A DNA stretch of 64,000 nt from Hydrolagus affinis (GCA_012026655.1 JAAILG010001277.1:1-64000); one strand, 5' to 3'. Counted from the first letter of the stretch, positions 1-13,284 are shown. The notes: generated by a model from the sequence alone, not told the origin. Numbers and translations: made by a program.

Positions 1-262
1 CGGCGGGGGGGGGGCGGGAGAGAGACGACGGGGGGGGGGCGGGAGAGAGATGGCGGGGGTGGGGTTGGGAGAGAGGGACAGCAGCGGGGGGGGGGAGGAG
101 AGAGGGACGGCAGTGGGGTGGGGGGGTGGGTGGGGGGAGAGACGGGGTGGATGTGATAATATACAGATAGATAGAGATGGGGGGATGTGAGAGAGGAAAG
201 AGACACAGACAGAAAAACACAGAGATGGAGAGAGTGAGTGTGAGAGACACAGAGAGAGAAAG
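1..262. repeat. G-rich low-complexity tract grading into a (GA/CA)n microsatellite
   Basis: Multiple G runs of 4-11 nt in imperfect 'gggagagaga(c/t)g' units, followed by gagagacacagagaga repeats. Confidence 0.9.
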
Positions 263-814
263 ATATTTACCTCCTGAGGAGATAGGCCCCGAATGCGCGC
301 GCACCCCGAAAAGCCAAAGAGAAAAATCTTGTGGTTGATCTGATGGAGTTGAGGGACGTACTAGTCTTATAGCTCTGGGATGGAGTTCCAGAAAATGGGG
401 GTAGGAAGGCTGAACAATGAACGGGTTTGTAAGGTTTGAGAGTAGGTATAACGGTAAGTGTAAAAGTGAAGTCAGATTTGGCATTATTTCACCATTATGC
501 CCTTGTCGCAATATTATAGACCCTATGAAGCAGTTCTCGCCGGTGCAAATAAATAAATGACTGCTGCCATTCCTACAGAACAGTTACTACACACAACAGA
601 AATTTCCCTTGAAATGTTTTGAGGCATTTCAACATGCACGATTTTTTGTGTTTTTTTTTAGGACGCTCAGGCAGTCTGAAAGTAACTCGGTAGCTTTAGA
701 AGCCAAAAGAAAAATATCTGAGCAGCAACTACCACTGAAATGTTCTGAAACATCTGGTGGAATCTCTGCTTTGGGTTACCACCCAGAGTAAGAGTCAGAC
801 CAGGAGTATTTAAA

Positions 815-2165
815 TATTCATAAGTTGCCCGGATCAGTTGGAGTGCATCCAAGAAACGAGGGCAGTGGTAAGAGGTGTTGCAGCACACATGTTTTATTTC
901 AGTTCATTTGCTGCGGGAGTGGCATCAGAGCGCTGGGTAGCTAATGTTGTTTCAATCTTTTTTTTAACAAAATGTCAAAAATACAGTCCTGTTAATTTGA
1001 CAGGGAAAAATGTTAGAGTTAAGGACAAGGAAAACAATTGAAGTGCATCTAATGAGAGTGAGAAAAAAACAAATGTAATGGAATTTTTTTTGAAGATGTA
1101 CCAAGGTTGGTTGGTAGTTGATGTTATGTATAGCTTAATTTTCAGAAGAATTTGATAAACTCCTTCCCAGGAATGCATGGCTAAAGAAAAGCTCAGGGGA
1201 TCTAAAATGAGGTTGTAAACTGGATTATTATTTGACTACATAATAGGAAACAGAGGGTAGTTATAAATGTTGATAACTCTAATTGAAGAGCAATAACCAA
1301 TGTTTGCCCCAGAGATCAGCCTTAGATCCCTACTGTTCATAATATGCAACAATTACCTCTTTGAAGTTATAGTACGCAGAATGTTGAAGTCTGAAAATGT
1401 CACTGTTTTGTGAGAATGTAGAAAATATCTGAGAAAAATCTATAGACTACATCATTTACACAGGTAAATGAGAATGATTATTTAACTCCAGAACATATAA
1501 GAAAATATAAATATGGCATATTTGCATCAAACAGCAAATATAATTACATATTTAGTTGTACTAAAGGTAAGAAAAAATCTAAGTATTAAAATGGGCTAAA
1601 TAATGAAAGAATCATCCAAATGTAGACACCAGCTATTAAAAGAATGCAGTAAATGATACTTAATGACTCATAATTTGCAAAAAAAAAGATAAAACACGTC
1701 ATAACACACTGAAAAGATATGAAGCGTTTTGGATTCACTTCTGGTTACTTTGTCAAGAGACAAAGAAACAATGATGAGAATTCAAAGTAGGGAATATCTA
1801 CTTTCCAGAGTTTCGACCTTTGATTTACAAGGAGAGGCTAAGGAACCTAAATCCATTCATTAGAAAAAGATTAGGGAGACATAATCCAAGATTTAAAAAG
1901 AATAAAGGAATAGAACCAGAGAAATCAAAAATATTTTAGCAATGTTTAAAGCAGGTAGAATATTTAAGATCAGATACGTCCTTGAAGGGAAATATTACGG
2001 AAATCAGGAAATGAAAGATCTGTTAAATTAACTTCACAATGAATGAAGATATGACAAAATTCCAAATCCAATTAATCAAGGTCAGGTATCTATCAAATAA
2101 GTAGGGGGGCAGTAAAAAGATGTTTGGGAAAGAAACTCAAAAGCTTTACAAGAGAAATTTGGATG
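815..2165 (+). mobile_element. Decayed CR1-type LINE, ORF2 reverse transcriptase through the 3' end
   Basis: Frameshifted translations give KLPGSVGVHPR (cf. KSPGPDGIHPR), ERWVANVVSIF..KYSPVNLTGK (cf. DWRVANVTPIF..NYRPVSLTS), KQRVVIN and a PQGSVLGPLLF-like segment near 1245-1350, and a Y-ERL..LN..LEK.RL.GD-like segment near 1825-1900. Many stops. Confidence 0.8.
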
Positions 2166-2167
2166 AA

Positions 2168-2645
2168 GAATGCCCTTTGGCCCATTTCATTTCAAGCTTC
2201 CAGAATACCAACTGAACCATCTTATTATGACTCTGTGTAAAGAAATGTTTCCTGGCATCTGCTAAACCTACCCTTCACATTCTGATCCTGCACCCTTTTG
2301 TCTCTCTGCCTTGCTTTATCTGAAAGTATTGTTTGGGTTTACTTTTTATATCTCATTGAGCTCATCCATCCCAGGGGATTTGTTGTTTTTCAGCCCCTTG
2401 AGCCTGTGTAGAACTTTTTTTTTCGAATGTCAAAGTTCTGAAGCTAACGTGACATGTTGGACATCATATTTTTTAGAATCTTCCTTGCGCAAATCCTTTA
2501 AGAAATAAGCATTTAATACACTGACAGTCTCCTCTCTGCACTCATTTTCAACTCACTTTAGATTTCTTAGGATTTTAAGTACCTTCATGACAATACTCTT
2601 TTTAGAATATTGGAAACAAAATCCAATACTGTTGCTTTCCCACAT
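2168..2645 (-). mobile_element. Decayed CR1-like 3' fragment, opposite orientation
   Basis: 'tgccctttggcccat' is the reverse complement of a CR1-type 3' terminal motif, followed by pyrimidine-rich antisense LINE-like sequence. Confidence 0.45.
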
Positions 2646-4100
2646 GCTGCTAACTCATCCAATTAATTGACTACAGAACAACTGGACCACATGGGACACA
2701 CGTGAAAATCTGCAATGAAACCAATAACAAAATAGATAATAATCTAATTCCTTAAGTATAATCTTGATATCACGAATGATTACTTTTGATATTTAAAAAA
2801 GTGCTTTAAAACAACAGAATTACTATACTAAATGCTGCTTACACTAATCAGCCAGGAAATGTATCAAATTATGCTTTGTAAATGCTCTTGAATTGCACTT
2901 TCAGACAGTATATTGTATAAAATGAATGCTATTGTTAAAGCAGTTGTACACTGTTGCTTTAGATTTAAGAAAAATCTAATATTGTGCCTCAATTTCATGA
3001 AAATGTCATGCCCAATGCCATTTTTTGGAACCGGCAAAGCTTTGATGCAATTTGCATCAGACTACCTGAATACTTGGCAAACAAACTAAGCAGGTTTGCC
3101 AAGCAATCTTTTTTATTGCACGCTTTGCCCTTTTAAGAGCATTCTGGTTTTGTTTAGATCCCATTTGCTGAATGAATGATCAAATGAGGTATAGTAACAG
3201 GATATGCAAATTTGCTATTTTGATCTAGAATTTTAGAACTCCTAATAAGATTTTCCTGATCCAAGCGTAACATTTTCTTAGCAAACAAGTTTTGCATTAA
3301 CCACGGTTGATCTCTACCAATTACTATTGTGGTAACTGCTCGTCTTCAAATAATAGGACCATTTCTTTTGATCAAGCATTTCAAAACTTTAAAATGAGCT
3401 GAATGCTATGATGATATTTATGTCATAATTTTCATGAAGCTTTGATTTTAAACATTTTACATTTAAAAGTAAAATGTAGCAAAACCCAGTGAAAATATCA
3501 TGCAATAAACTGATGCATTGGAACAATACAACACCATGCAGAAAATAACCAATTAACAATAAGCAGAGCAGAATGAACTTTTTTTCTAAGAAGTAAACTA
3601 TAAATGACCTGAAATATCTTTACATTTTCCATTATTAATATACAGCTTTTTAATATTGTTTTTAAATGAGTCCTAATTAAGCCAGGAAAAAAAAATTCAA
3701 GGTAAAGATGGTTAGCTTATTCTCACAGAATGAGTGTATTTCATTCCTCACTCGACACAGTTTTATTAGACATGACCTTTATCAGCTTTCACAAAGAGTA
3801 AATTGAATTCAGATCTTTAGATTTGAATATTAAGATGTCATTACTATCATAATGAAGAATACTTTAGTGGCTCATGAAAATTACTTTATTAAGTGAAGGT
3901 ATACCCAGAAAAAGGGTAAATTGATTTGTTTGTTTAATTTGCAGCACTTTGTCAATCTAGGTGGTACATGTTTAACTAGCAACATAAACATACTTGTCAG
4001 ATCAATCAAATATACTTCAGAGAATAGAATAAAAAGTGACATATGAGGCTTGTCATCAAATGTTCTGTTGTATTCCACGTTGGACATTGCCAGCATAGCA

Positions 4101-4327
4101 ATAATAAATAATGAATTGGTCACTTAAATCCACAACTGGATTATGGGGCATTGCTGTACACAATTGACTGCCGCATTTCGCCCACAAACTTCATAGAATA
4201 CACTGTAAAGTGAACTCACTGTAGTGAGTTCACTTTACAGTGTATTCTATGAAGCACTTTGAGACTTCTGGAAAACGTGAAAAGCATTAAATCAAATGCA
4301 AGGAGTATTATTATTATTATTATTATT
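4101..4327 (+). mobile_element. SINE, 3' portion, containing an internal inverted duplication
   Basis: Shares ttggtcact..caattg.ctgccgc.tttcgcccacaaa..ttcactttacag..gaagc.ctttgagac..atcaaatgcaagga(tta)n with the other copies in the window. Confidence 0.9.
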
Positions 4328-5252
4328 AAAGCAAAGAACAGGTTGACTTCCATCTGCTAATCACACTAGACTAACCACTGTTACAAATGATGTGGTACAG
4401 AGGGACTTAAAACCATTCACATTAAGTTCAAAAACCTTCGTACATCAAGTACAAAACCTTCTGAAAATCAAACGATTTTCTTTGCCAGTCAGGTATATTT
4501 TCTAATCTGATAAACGTAGCATTAAAAGTAGATTGAAATAAATCAAATCCCACTTCATGTAAATTTTAACGGTTTCGTTATACGGAGCCAAATTCACACT
4601 TTCAATTCATATATGGCTTACTGAAATAAATGTCAATCATAGCTGTGCATATGCAAACCTCTGGCCAAATAGAGCTGTTACTTTGGAACTGTTCTGCCAC
4701 CATGTCCTACCGTTGGATACCCATTATTGGAGGTTGGCAAAAACGCAGCACTGAACAAAAGGTCAGTATGTTAAAATTATTATACGACTGCTGGTGGAAA
4801 GTTTTCCTGCATCAAATCCCTCGAGGTTCGCAGGAAGGGTTCTGCAGTCTTCTTGAGGGGATTCAGTCTTCAGATCAAGGAATAATTCTGAAGTGGAATA
4901 GAATTTGTTCAGAATTATTGTAAGTAATAAGTAAATTGTGAAATAGTTGTGCATTCAGAATAAACAAGCATACTGCTCAGTGGGTCACCATCAGGTATTG
5001 TGGTTTGAATTTAATACAGTGGCTTAGATGTTCCTATCTTTCCATTAATAAACAATTCTTATAGGAAACCTGATCTAGGCCACGTGAAGTTATTATTTTG
5101 GCTCAACCTATTTTAAGGAAGCAATTTATTTGACATATTTTTCACCTCCCAAAATGTTTCCTTTTGGGAATTCGGTCTTCATTTGAAAAGTGATAAACTC
5201 AATAAATAGTGCACTCTTAAGTCTTCTAGACAAAAATAAATAATAAAATAAA

Positions 5253-5492
5253 AATAACAATCCTTGCATTTTGATATAGCACTTTCACATCTTCTAGACG
5301 TCTCAAAGCGCTTCACGGAATACACAGTAAGGTGAAATCACTGTACATTCATGGGTGAAACGCGACGGCCAATTTTGCACAACAATGTACCACAAAAAGT
5401 CATGGATTGAAGTGACCAATTTATTATTTATTTCTTGAGAGATTATTAGCAGGCATGTAGAGTAATGAAACTTGCCCAAGGTTTTGCCCTGC
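5253..5492 (-). mobile_element. SINE, short variant lacking most of the tRNA head
   Basis: Reverse complement of the family body, ending in the head-proximal 'gaaacttgcccaaggttttgccctgc'. Confidence 0.9.
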
Positions 5493-5527
5493 TAAGATGT
5501 AATGTCAGCGTGTACACTCCATGCCAT

Positions 5528-5606
5528 ACACAGTCATTATATTTAAGGAGCTTTGAGAAGCCTTGACGACATGATAAGGCTCTATATCAAATCCAGGAAT
5601 TATTAG
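5528..5606 (+). mobile_element. SINE 3' tail fragment
   Basis: gctttgaga..catgataaggctctatatcaaatccaggaattatta matches the family tail. Confidence 0.65.
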
Positions 5607-6468
5607 TTTATTATATGCATCTTTGATTTTTCGAAGGATAGTTTCCCTTGAATAAAGAAATCTGGAAGATTTTTATGCAGTTATACTTTTAGAACATTTC
5701 TAAATAGGTAGGAATTTGCACCAGTGGCTGCATTAAAAGTGAATAGGATTTTCAGATATAAAAAATCCCTACATTATAATCATTGTGTTCTGTAGAAATA
5801 TTTCGATGATAGTGTAACCAAGCAAATAACCTCCCATAACACATTGACAATGGCGTAACTTTCTGTTTATTCCATGAGTTAGCTTTTAAACATGTTCTGG
5901 AACATCTCGTGTGGTGCCATCCACTAAGGTATAATTAACCGTGGTTACTTATTGTTTTTTTCATTTTTACTGGAGTAAATTACTGCTTTCTTAAAATGAA
6001 GAATTATCATTAACGTCCACAGAATATTACCAGTTAAGACACAGTTGTCTTCCAACTTTAAAACAAAATATCCTAGCAAATAAAACATGGCATGAAGCAA
6101 CATCTACTGCTCCTGCAAAATGGAAAGAAAGTGGATTATGAAGTCAAAGCAATTGTGTTTTGAACCCTTTCCAGTAGCCGTTGAAGTCCAAACACACAGA
6201 ATAATACTAGATCAGTGCTGCCAAGTAAATCGGTCATAAGTATAGGTTTAAAGCAGTATTATTGCATGGTTGTCCTATAAGCTGCTCACATTATTTTTCA
6301 GCTGTACAGTGAACATTAATGTGCATATAATATGGACGTATAATGATGGGCACTGAAATTAAAAATGCATCGCATCAGATTGATCAGATTTTATAATGTT
6401 TTATCAGGTTTATTTTTAAACTCAAGTGTTCCCATCTTTACTTTTGTATTTATATATACCGGTAAGTA

Positions 6469-6558
6469 AATAATCATTGCATTTGATATGGCGGTTTATC
6501 ATGTCAAAAGAGGCCTAAAAATACTTCACAGGATTTTTACTGAAATGTAGTGACTGTC
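6469..6558 (-). mobile_element. SINE 3' tail fragment
   Basis: aataatcattgcatttgatat..cttcacagga..gtgactgt. Confidence 0.7.
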
Positions 6559-7054
6559 TTTGTTGATAATTTTATCTACTGGCTGAAAAAATACATTATT
6601 AAAATTTATATTGCATTTTAGTAACATTCATATTGAGGACTACAATACAACATTTACAATCTGGAATCATGGGTTAATTGCCCCTTCTAGTTGGTGACTA
6701 ATGGGTTGTGAGATTTGCTTAAAAGGTAAATTGCAAACAACGATTAGAACATTTGAGTTTAGGAATCGACCATACTTAAAGTCTATAACAAGGCTCGGAA
6801 GTGAAATATCAGCCAGACCTCTGACTGGTGATCCATCGTTTGGCAAATCTCACCATACAGCATTTGCTGTTGACGAATCAGATTTGCAAACATCAGATTT
6901 TAGACGTCAGAGCCGTGTTTTCATTGTTGGATTTGAAAAGTCATCTCTATGCAGTGGATGAAATGAACGTGACAGTTCCCATCGCTACCTCATTTTGAGT
7001 GCTACATTTGAACTGCATTTTGGCTTTGTGAAACAAGCCATTAAAAGTATTGAA

Positions 7055-7200
7055 ATCTCCTTCATAAAAGGACCACCTGCTATGAAAGACCACCACTTTC
7101 AAATCACAAAGATTATTTTCAACCCTCCGTTAATGTTGCAGCCAATTCTTTCCCAAACCATCTTTTTCTGGGCCTTTAGGCAGTCATAATTTCACTGTAG
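7055..7200 (-). mobile_element. Possible old pogo/Tigger-like DNA transposon end
   Basis: Repeated 'gaccacc' motif (aaaggaccacctgctatgaaagaccacc), and a terminus reading TA-CAGTGAA on the minus strand. Recalled resemblance only; no partner end found. Confidence 0.25.
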
Positions 7201-10200
7201 GCTGCACAGAAGTTATTGAGCATGTGAATTAGCTTTTTGATATCAGGCACCATGCAAGACATAATGAAAACAATGGTTTCAAAACACCAAACAAACAAAT
7301 AAATATTCAAACCAAATCAATAGTGCCAAGAATCATTTCTTAGATTATTTCCTGTATGGCGCCTCATATTTCTTTACACCTCCACTGCAGCATTGTGCTT
7401 GCCTTAAGGCACAGACAAAACCTAAATATTTGCCTTTTTCCCTTAATATAGTTTCCTTCTGTATTTGCCAGCAAATAAATTAAAAATTAGGCATGGAAAG
7501 AAATCAAGTACAGATGTGTAGTTCTTGCTAAAAGCCAAACCATCTTCTTAAGAGATATTATTTTAATAAGTTCTGTAGATTTGTTGAAATGGTATAGCGT
7601 TTGACTGAAAATAAATCAAACATAATGACAAGTCAAACATATACTGTACAAGATCCAGACATTGCAATCTGAAGATCAAAGGATATACACGCAGCAAATT
7701 CAGGTTTTCCCATTTGCATTGCACACATTTATTTGAAATCTGGTCTATAATGTCAATGTAAAAATAGATTAAACCAAGCATATTGAGGTCTAATCCTTGT
7801 TTTCTGCACAATGTAAAGTTAATTCAAAGTCACAGCCTTTCCTCTTTAGCAGTATTCACCAGATATACTAAAAGTATCGACTGTCACTTAAGAGTTTGTT
7901 GACAGCATAATTAAATTGGAAAGAAAGTTAGGGAAAAGTAGTTCAGTAATTCATTCCCAACTAAAAGATGTTGGATTAGGTCCCATGCCTGCCTTTCATT
8001 GTAAATCATTTATCTTAACTGGATGTGTTGAGTCAATGGCACCAGATGAAAATGCCACTGGAAACCAGTTATTCCAATTCAAGTAAAACAAGGATTGACT
8101 TTATTTACTCTGCTTGAATTATTGCTGGTAAATCTACTAGCTGTACTGATAGAATTAGGGTCTAAGCAGCAGCACCATCTCCTATCCTATGCCTTCAGAT
8201 ATTTTGGGGATGTCACGAAGCATGTAGAGGAAAATAGTGAGAAGTAAACTAAATACAACAGGTCCCTGTTAATCATATTTTCTAGCAGCCTTATTACTTG
8301 AAGTTATATGTAAAACATAATTTGCCCCCAGGTTAACATACAATAGCAGGTAATTTTGCATCAGGCAATTGATTTGAATATTAACTAGCATTGACCCCAA
8401 GTACTGTACTAGGATAGTATTTGTTTGTTGGATTGAAATGGTAACTCACAGTTAACATTTTCTACTCTAAATTTATCAGATGTAAGGATATTTGACCATT
8501 GACCCCACATTGTGTAATATTTCCCCCCAAATTCTTGTTTTTGGAAACGTGTGGGAATAAAAGATGCTGACTTTCTGAATATTGAATCCTGTAATCCAGT
8601 ATTCACAGGGTTAATTAATATACATTCATTGTTTAATTCTTTTATATGCTCTTGTGATTAGTTAAGGAATGGATTTTTACCAGATGTTATATTGCCTTCC
8701 AGTGGCATGCACCCAAAACTCCAGCATAAACAGGCTTCATGCAATGCTCAGTAATGTATCAGTCCAGTGACTTTTCATGCTGTGCAACAAAGGAACCCTG
8801 TTTTACACCTAGTTAACAGTATCAGTGAATACTGAGATGCGAAAGCCTATTAATTACTTGGTGCCAAATCACATGGTGCAGTACGCTGTGCAGGATTAAT
8901 GAAGGTTCTTCTAGTAACTGATGTTTGTAGCCTTGGGGGAGGGAGATTGTGAGCCTGTGCAGGATCTATATCTTCCAGCCAAAAGTACAAGCTGTAATTA
9001 AATACTAGTCTCTTGCAGAATGTTTCATACAGCCTAATGAGTCTTAACTGCAAACTGGATTTTTTTTTCTCCGCTGAGCTATATTTGCAGTTATTAAAGA
9101 ATATTGCCGAACTATGATTCCAGCAGAGCAACTGTATTTGTTTTAATCATTTTCATCTTGAAGTTACTGTGGAAATGAATAGGGAAATTATTTGGGTTGT
9201 TAGTTTTCCACTTACAACATAGACTGAATGACATAGCATGGACTGACCAGTCCAAGTCTCAGCAGAATATTACTTGTGCTTTGATTTGCCTTATTAATAT
9301 TTGAAGGGTTACATTTGACTGCCAACTTTTCGATTCAGTTTTGAGCAGAAAACATGAATAAAAAGAAAACCAGATAAAACAATGTACTGTATATCAAACA
9401 ATAACAAATGTATTTTCTTGCCAAATTTCAATTTTATAGCAATCTCCACCCCACCCCCATTGTAAGGATCCATTTAGGTAAGATTATTAAAGTAGAGCAA
9501 TGTAAAAAGACATGCCTGCCCCATTATTTGCATACTATTATTTTATACGTTTTTTCTCCTCAGCATTGGGATCTTTGAACTATGCGTAAATTAATTGAAT
9601 TGCACTGTGTTCTTTGATGTTTACTTCATTTATTTTAAATTACTTTAACTGAAGCGGTTTACTTAAAATGGCTCAGTATCGGGGCACCTCATCAGGTTGT
9701 TAATTTCTTCAAATTATGGGAACTTGTTGTCCCAATTAAGATAATCTAAAATCATAGATTACACGGAGCTCCAGTTACGGACTATGGAAGTATCATTCCA
9801 GGAATTATTATAACTTGTTAAGATCAAAATCCATCTGCCATCTTCAGGTGAGCAAAAAGCAAAATACTGTAATGTACAAATTGAGCAAACCTTCTATAAC
9901 GGTCTCAGTAATCTATATCCTGAGTCAGGTGGGTCCACGGTACAGTACTCCAGATCACTACTGATTACAGTCAAGCTCATTGGTAGGACTTGGAAGGCCA
10001 GACCAGTCACTGGAGGCAAGAATTCTTCCCACTCAGCTATTAGTTAACCCTGCAATCGAAGGCACTAATGAGCAGAATGGTTTTAGTGTCCCTCCAGTGA
10101 GAGAGTGTGCATCCCATTCCAATTCACAGGAAATTCCGTATCCAGGTGCATGGAACTCTCAATTTGGTTTGGATATTCTTAGGTGTTGGTTTTCCAGATG

Positions 10201-12302
10201 TGTCAGACACCCAGCTGACCCAAATATATCTTTAGAAAATGAACACCTTTTTCCCTTACAGCAGCGAGTTATTAAAGTTTACTGCAGTTTAATGACTCAA
10301 TTCAAGTTTGGAAATCGTGAGCCAAATAAACTCTTCCCAGACAGTCAGCCTATCTAGTATCACAATAACCAATTCGTTTTGATGCTGAACCCCAAATAAC
10401 CACAGAAAATTAGCTAACCAACCAGTCACCCAAAGAGCAATAAAGATATCTCAGGTTGACAAAACAAGAGATAGTTCTGTTACTGTTAGTTCTAAACAAT
10501 TCCTTCTTGTAATTGTTCTCCAACTTAATTAACCAAACTGATCCTAACTTAACTAACCAAGGTGATTCTCCTTCCATTGTACTGACATTCCAACATACAG
10601 TAGTAGGAAGGTTGATTTTCTCGTTCAATTTCCCTCAAGATAATCAGATAAAAAGTTTAATTACATTTCCAAGGCATTAGAAAGTTTAACAAAACATGAG
10701 ACTTTATCTGAAAAAGCACAGCTTACCTAAACATTCTGATTATCACATTTAGGCATTGTGTTTCAGGTCATGTGTGGATAATTCTCCACACCAGACTGAT
10801 TCGTGAGAAAATTGACTCCATTGATAACAGTACTGTTGATACATATCCATATACCTATTAGAGTTTCTCATAACTGGATAGATATGCTTGCGTGCCTATG
10901 TGTATGTAATGAGTATTCTTGATCTTTCTAGCTTGCATAATATAACTTGTTGCTTCCTCCCCCTTTATTTCTCAAATTACCTACATATCAACTCTGTGAA
11001 CTGAAAAAGGTCATTAGATGCCGCATAATAATTCAACACCTCTTCCCATATTTTCACTGAACTCTGATTGTGAACATCCACATTATAAGTCTCTCATCTC
11101 TTGAAACAGTTTGTGTATCTATCTAAACAGGCTACATAATGTATAGTAGATATTACAACAATGACATTATGAAAAAGACTCAGATATGTGAAGATGAAAT
11201 AATTGAAAATTGCACAATATTGAATTCTGAAATCCCTCCAACATTTAATGACACGTTGAGAATCCATTTCCAGTGACAGCATTATTTAATGATGTAATAG
11301 AGACTGGAAGGCCTGTGATGCTTGCCAGAATGCTCCACTGTTCGTAGGTAATGGGAGATATAATTCTTAAAAATACAGGCTCAAGTCATACCAATTTAGC
11401 AAATAAGAAATCACTTTATGACACGTGAAGGTTTTCATAATTTTCTTTCATTGTTAATTTACTTCTAGTATCCCATTTAGGTCCATCACACATTTCAGTG
11501 GTGAATTCCTTTGCCAGCAGGAAGCTATTTCCATCAAATAATGTCCTTAAAAATATATACTGCCTGTAGTATTTCAGTACCACATGCACCGTGAATCAAA
11601 CGTCAAATGTTTCTTACAAGAAAACTAAAAATGAAGAATGTTGTACTGTTTTGTACTCTTTGGTTCATAATAGTCAACATTAGGCATCAATTTAAAATCA
11701 TTTTGAATAGTAAATGCATACTTCGAAAGTGCAAAAGGCATTCATTGTGCAGTGATTTAAGGTCAATATAATTCAAGTAGGAAATACACTATGCCAAATT
11801 ATGTATTATTGAGTGTTTTACTTCAGTAGGAAGGAATATTAATAGCTGTTCTGTTTTAAAAAAATGTTTAGCTATTTCCTTTAGTTACAGAATGTTCTAA
11901 TTAACTATAATCCTTAAATCATGAAGTCCAGGTAAACAATTAGAGAACTGCTAAAGTCCCAGAGCCTGGGTTTCCCAGTGTAACAATATGCAGGATACTA
12001 TAGTTTGCATACTTCACTCGAACGTCCTTACAACATACTGTACTTAGAAAATTAGATAGAGATGTTCATGCGTAGGAAAACCAATCCAGTATGGGGTGAC
12101 TGAAAGTCTGAAGACTAACATAATAGCATAGAGTAAACTTCAGTATAGGACATGAAGGTAATCAGCGAGCATCTGCCCTATGTACAAAGAGAGAAGTAAA
12201 CCTCAATGTTTATAGCGAAAAGTCAGAAAAACTTAGATGTGGCAGCAAACATTACAAGTCCAAGCCAAAATTTAACAAATTCAACCTCAAGTTGAGGTTC
12301 AG

Positions 12303-12603
12303 TAATAATAATAATAATACTTGCATTTGATATAGTGCCTTTTCACGTCTTTGAGACTTCTCAAAGCATTTCACAGAAGATACCGTAAAGCGAATTGACT
12401 ATATTTTGTGGATAAAACACGCCAGCCAATTGCACACAGCAGTGTCCCACAAACAGTCATGAATTGAAGTGACTATCTGGTATCAATCTTTTTGAAGGAA
12501 TTATTACCCCCCAAAAATCGATCCATCCGCCAATCGACTAACACCCGTGTTCCTACTTAATGCTAGGTAAGCAGAGGCATGTGGAGTAAGAAAACATGCC
12601 CAT
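12303..12603 (-). mobile_element. SINE, long variant, near full length without the tRNA head
   Basis: (taa)n tail, family body, then linker 'ccaatcgactaacacccgtgttcctact..ctaggtaagcagaggcatgtggagtaag'. Confidence 0.9.
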
Positions 12604-12604
12604 G

Positions 12605-12880
12605 ATGAGACTCAGGAAGCGATACAACAGAAAAGGAAACAGACTTTCTGTTTGAGAACTAATCCGATGAGATTAACTGAAGACTCAATGGCAAATGTAA
12701 ACCTAAGGGCAAACTTGATAGCCTCAGACCAAAGATCAACCACAAATATCATGGGAAAGTGAAAGCTAATGCAATGGATGGTGGCTAAATTGAAAATGAA
12801 AAGGGAGATTATCAAGGATGTGGAAAATATTGAGGCACAATGGAGAACCCATTTTCAGAAGTTCGGATGGAATATTTTAT
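12605..12880 (+). mobile_element. Decayed RTE-like LINE ORF fragment
   Basis: Translation EIIKDVENIEAQWRTHFQK resembles the 'I..RW.EHF..LLN' motif between endonuclease and RT in RTE-clade LINEs. Confidence 0.4.
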
Positions 12881-13284
12881 TTAAAAAAACAAAAGGTAAA
12901 AATAGTACAGAGGAGCAGGAAAGCTGGAGAAATTAAACAATGAACATATCTTGACTTGAAGTGAGCCAACAACTTGGTGAATTTGAGCCACACTCAAAAT
13001 GTTAACTTCCTACTGTAGTTGCGTACTCTCGTGGATATTGGAAGGTCTGGAAGCTCATGAAGAAGCACTTCCTTGCAAAATATGGACTCTACTGCTTTCA
13101 CCAGAAGGAATGGTGAACCAGTTCTGCAATACTCAGTTAACAGCCCTGTAGTTATTAGAGGAGAAAGTTAACCAATTGACATAACTGAAGTTGTCTTTAG
13201 ATACAGTCCTGGAAAGGCACTAACACTATCCAATGGAGTGAAAAATTATGATTAATTTTATACTCCACTGTGGATAATCTTTCT

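Noticed and set aside
263-366. Possible Helitron-type 3' end (ctagt) after the G-rich tract
   Set aside because: No subterminal hairpin is visible and the 5' part lies outside the window.
9672-9696. Hammerhead-like CTGATGA-ggtgcccc-GATA on the minus strand (also ctgatga..gaaac near 31996-32024)
   Set aside because: The first has GATA instead of GAAA and no stem I. The second lacks a paired stem II.
9758-9847. 90-nt open frame ending in CAG|gtgagc
   Set aside because: The donor is good, but the acceptor has no polypyrimidine tract and the peptide is unrecognisable.
9980-10357. 125-aa ORF
   Set aside because: TTG start, no recognisable family and no convincing splice signals.
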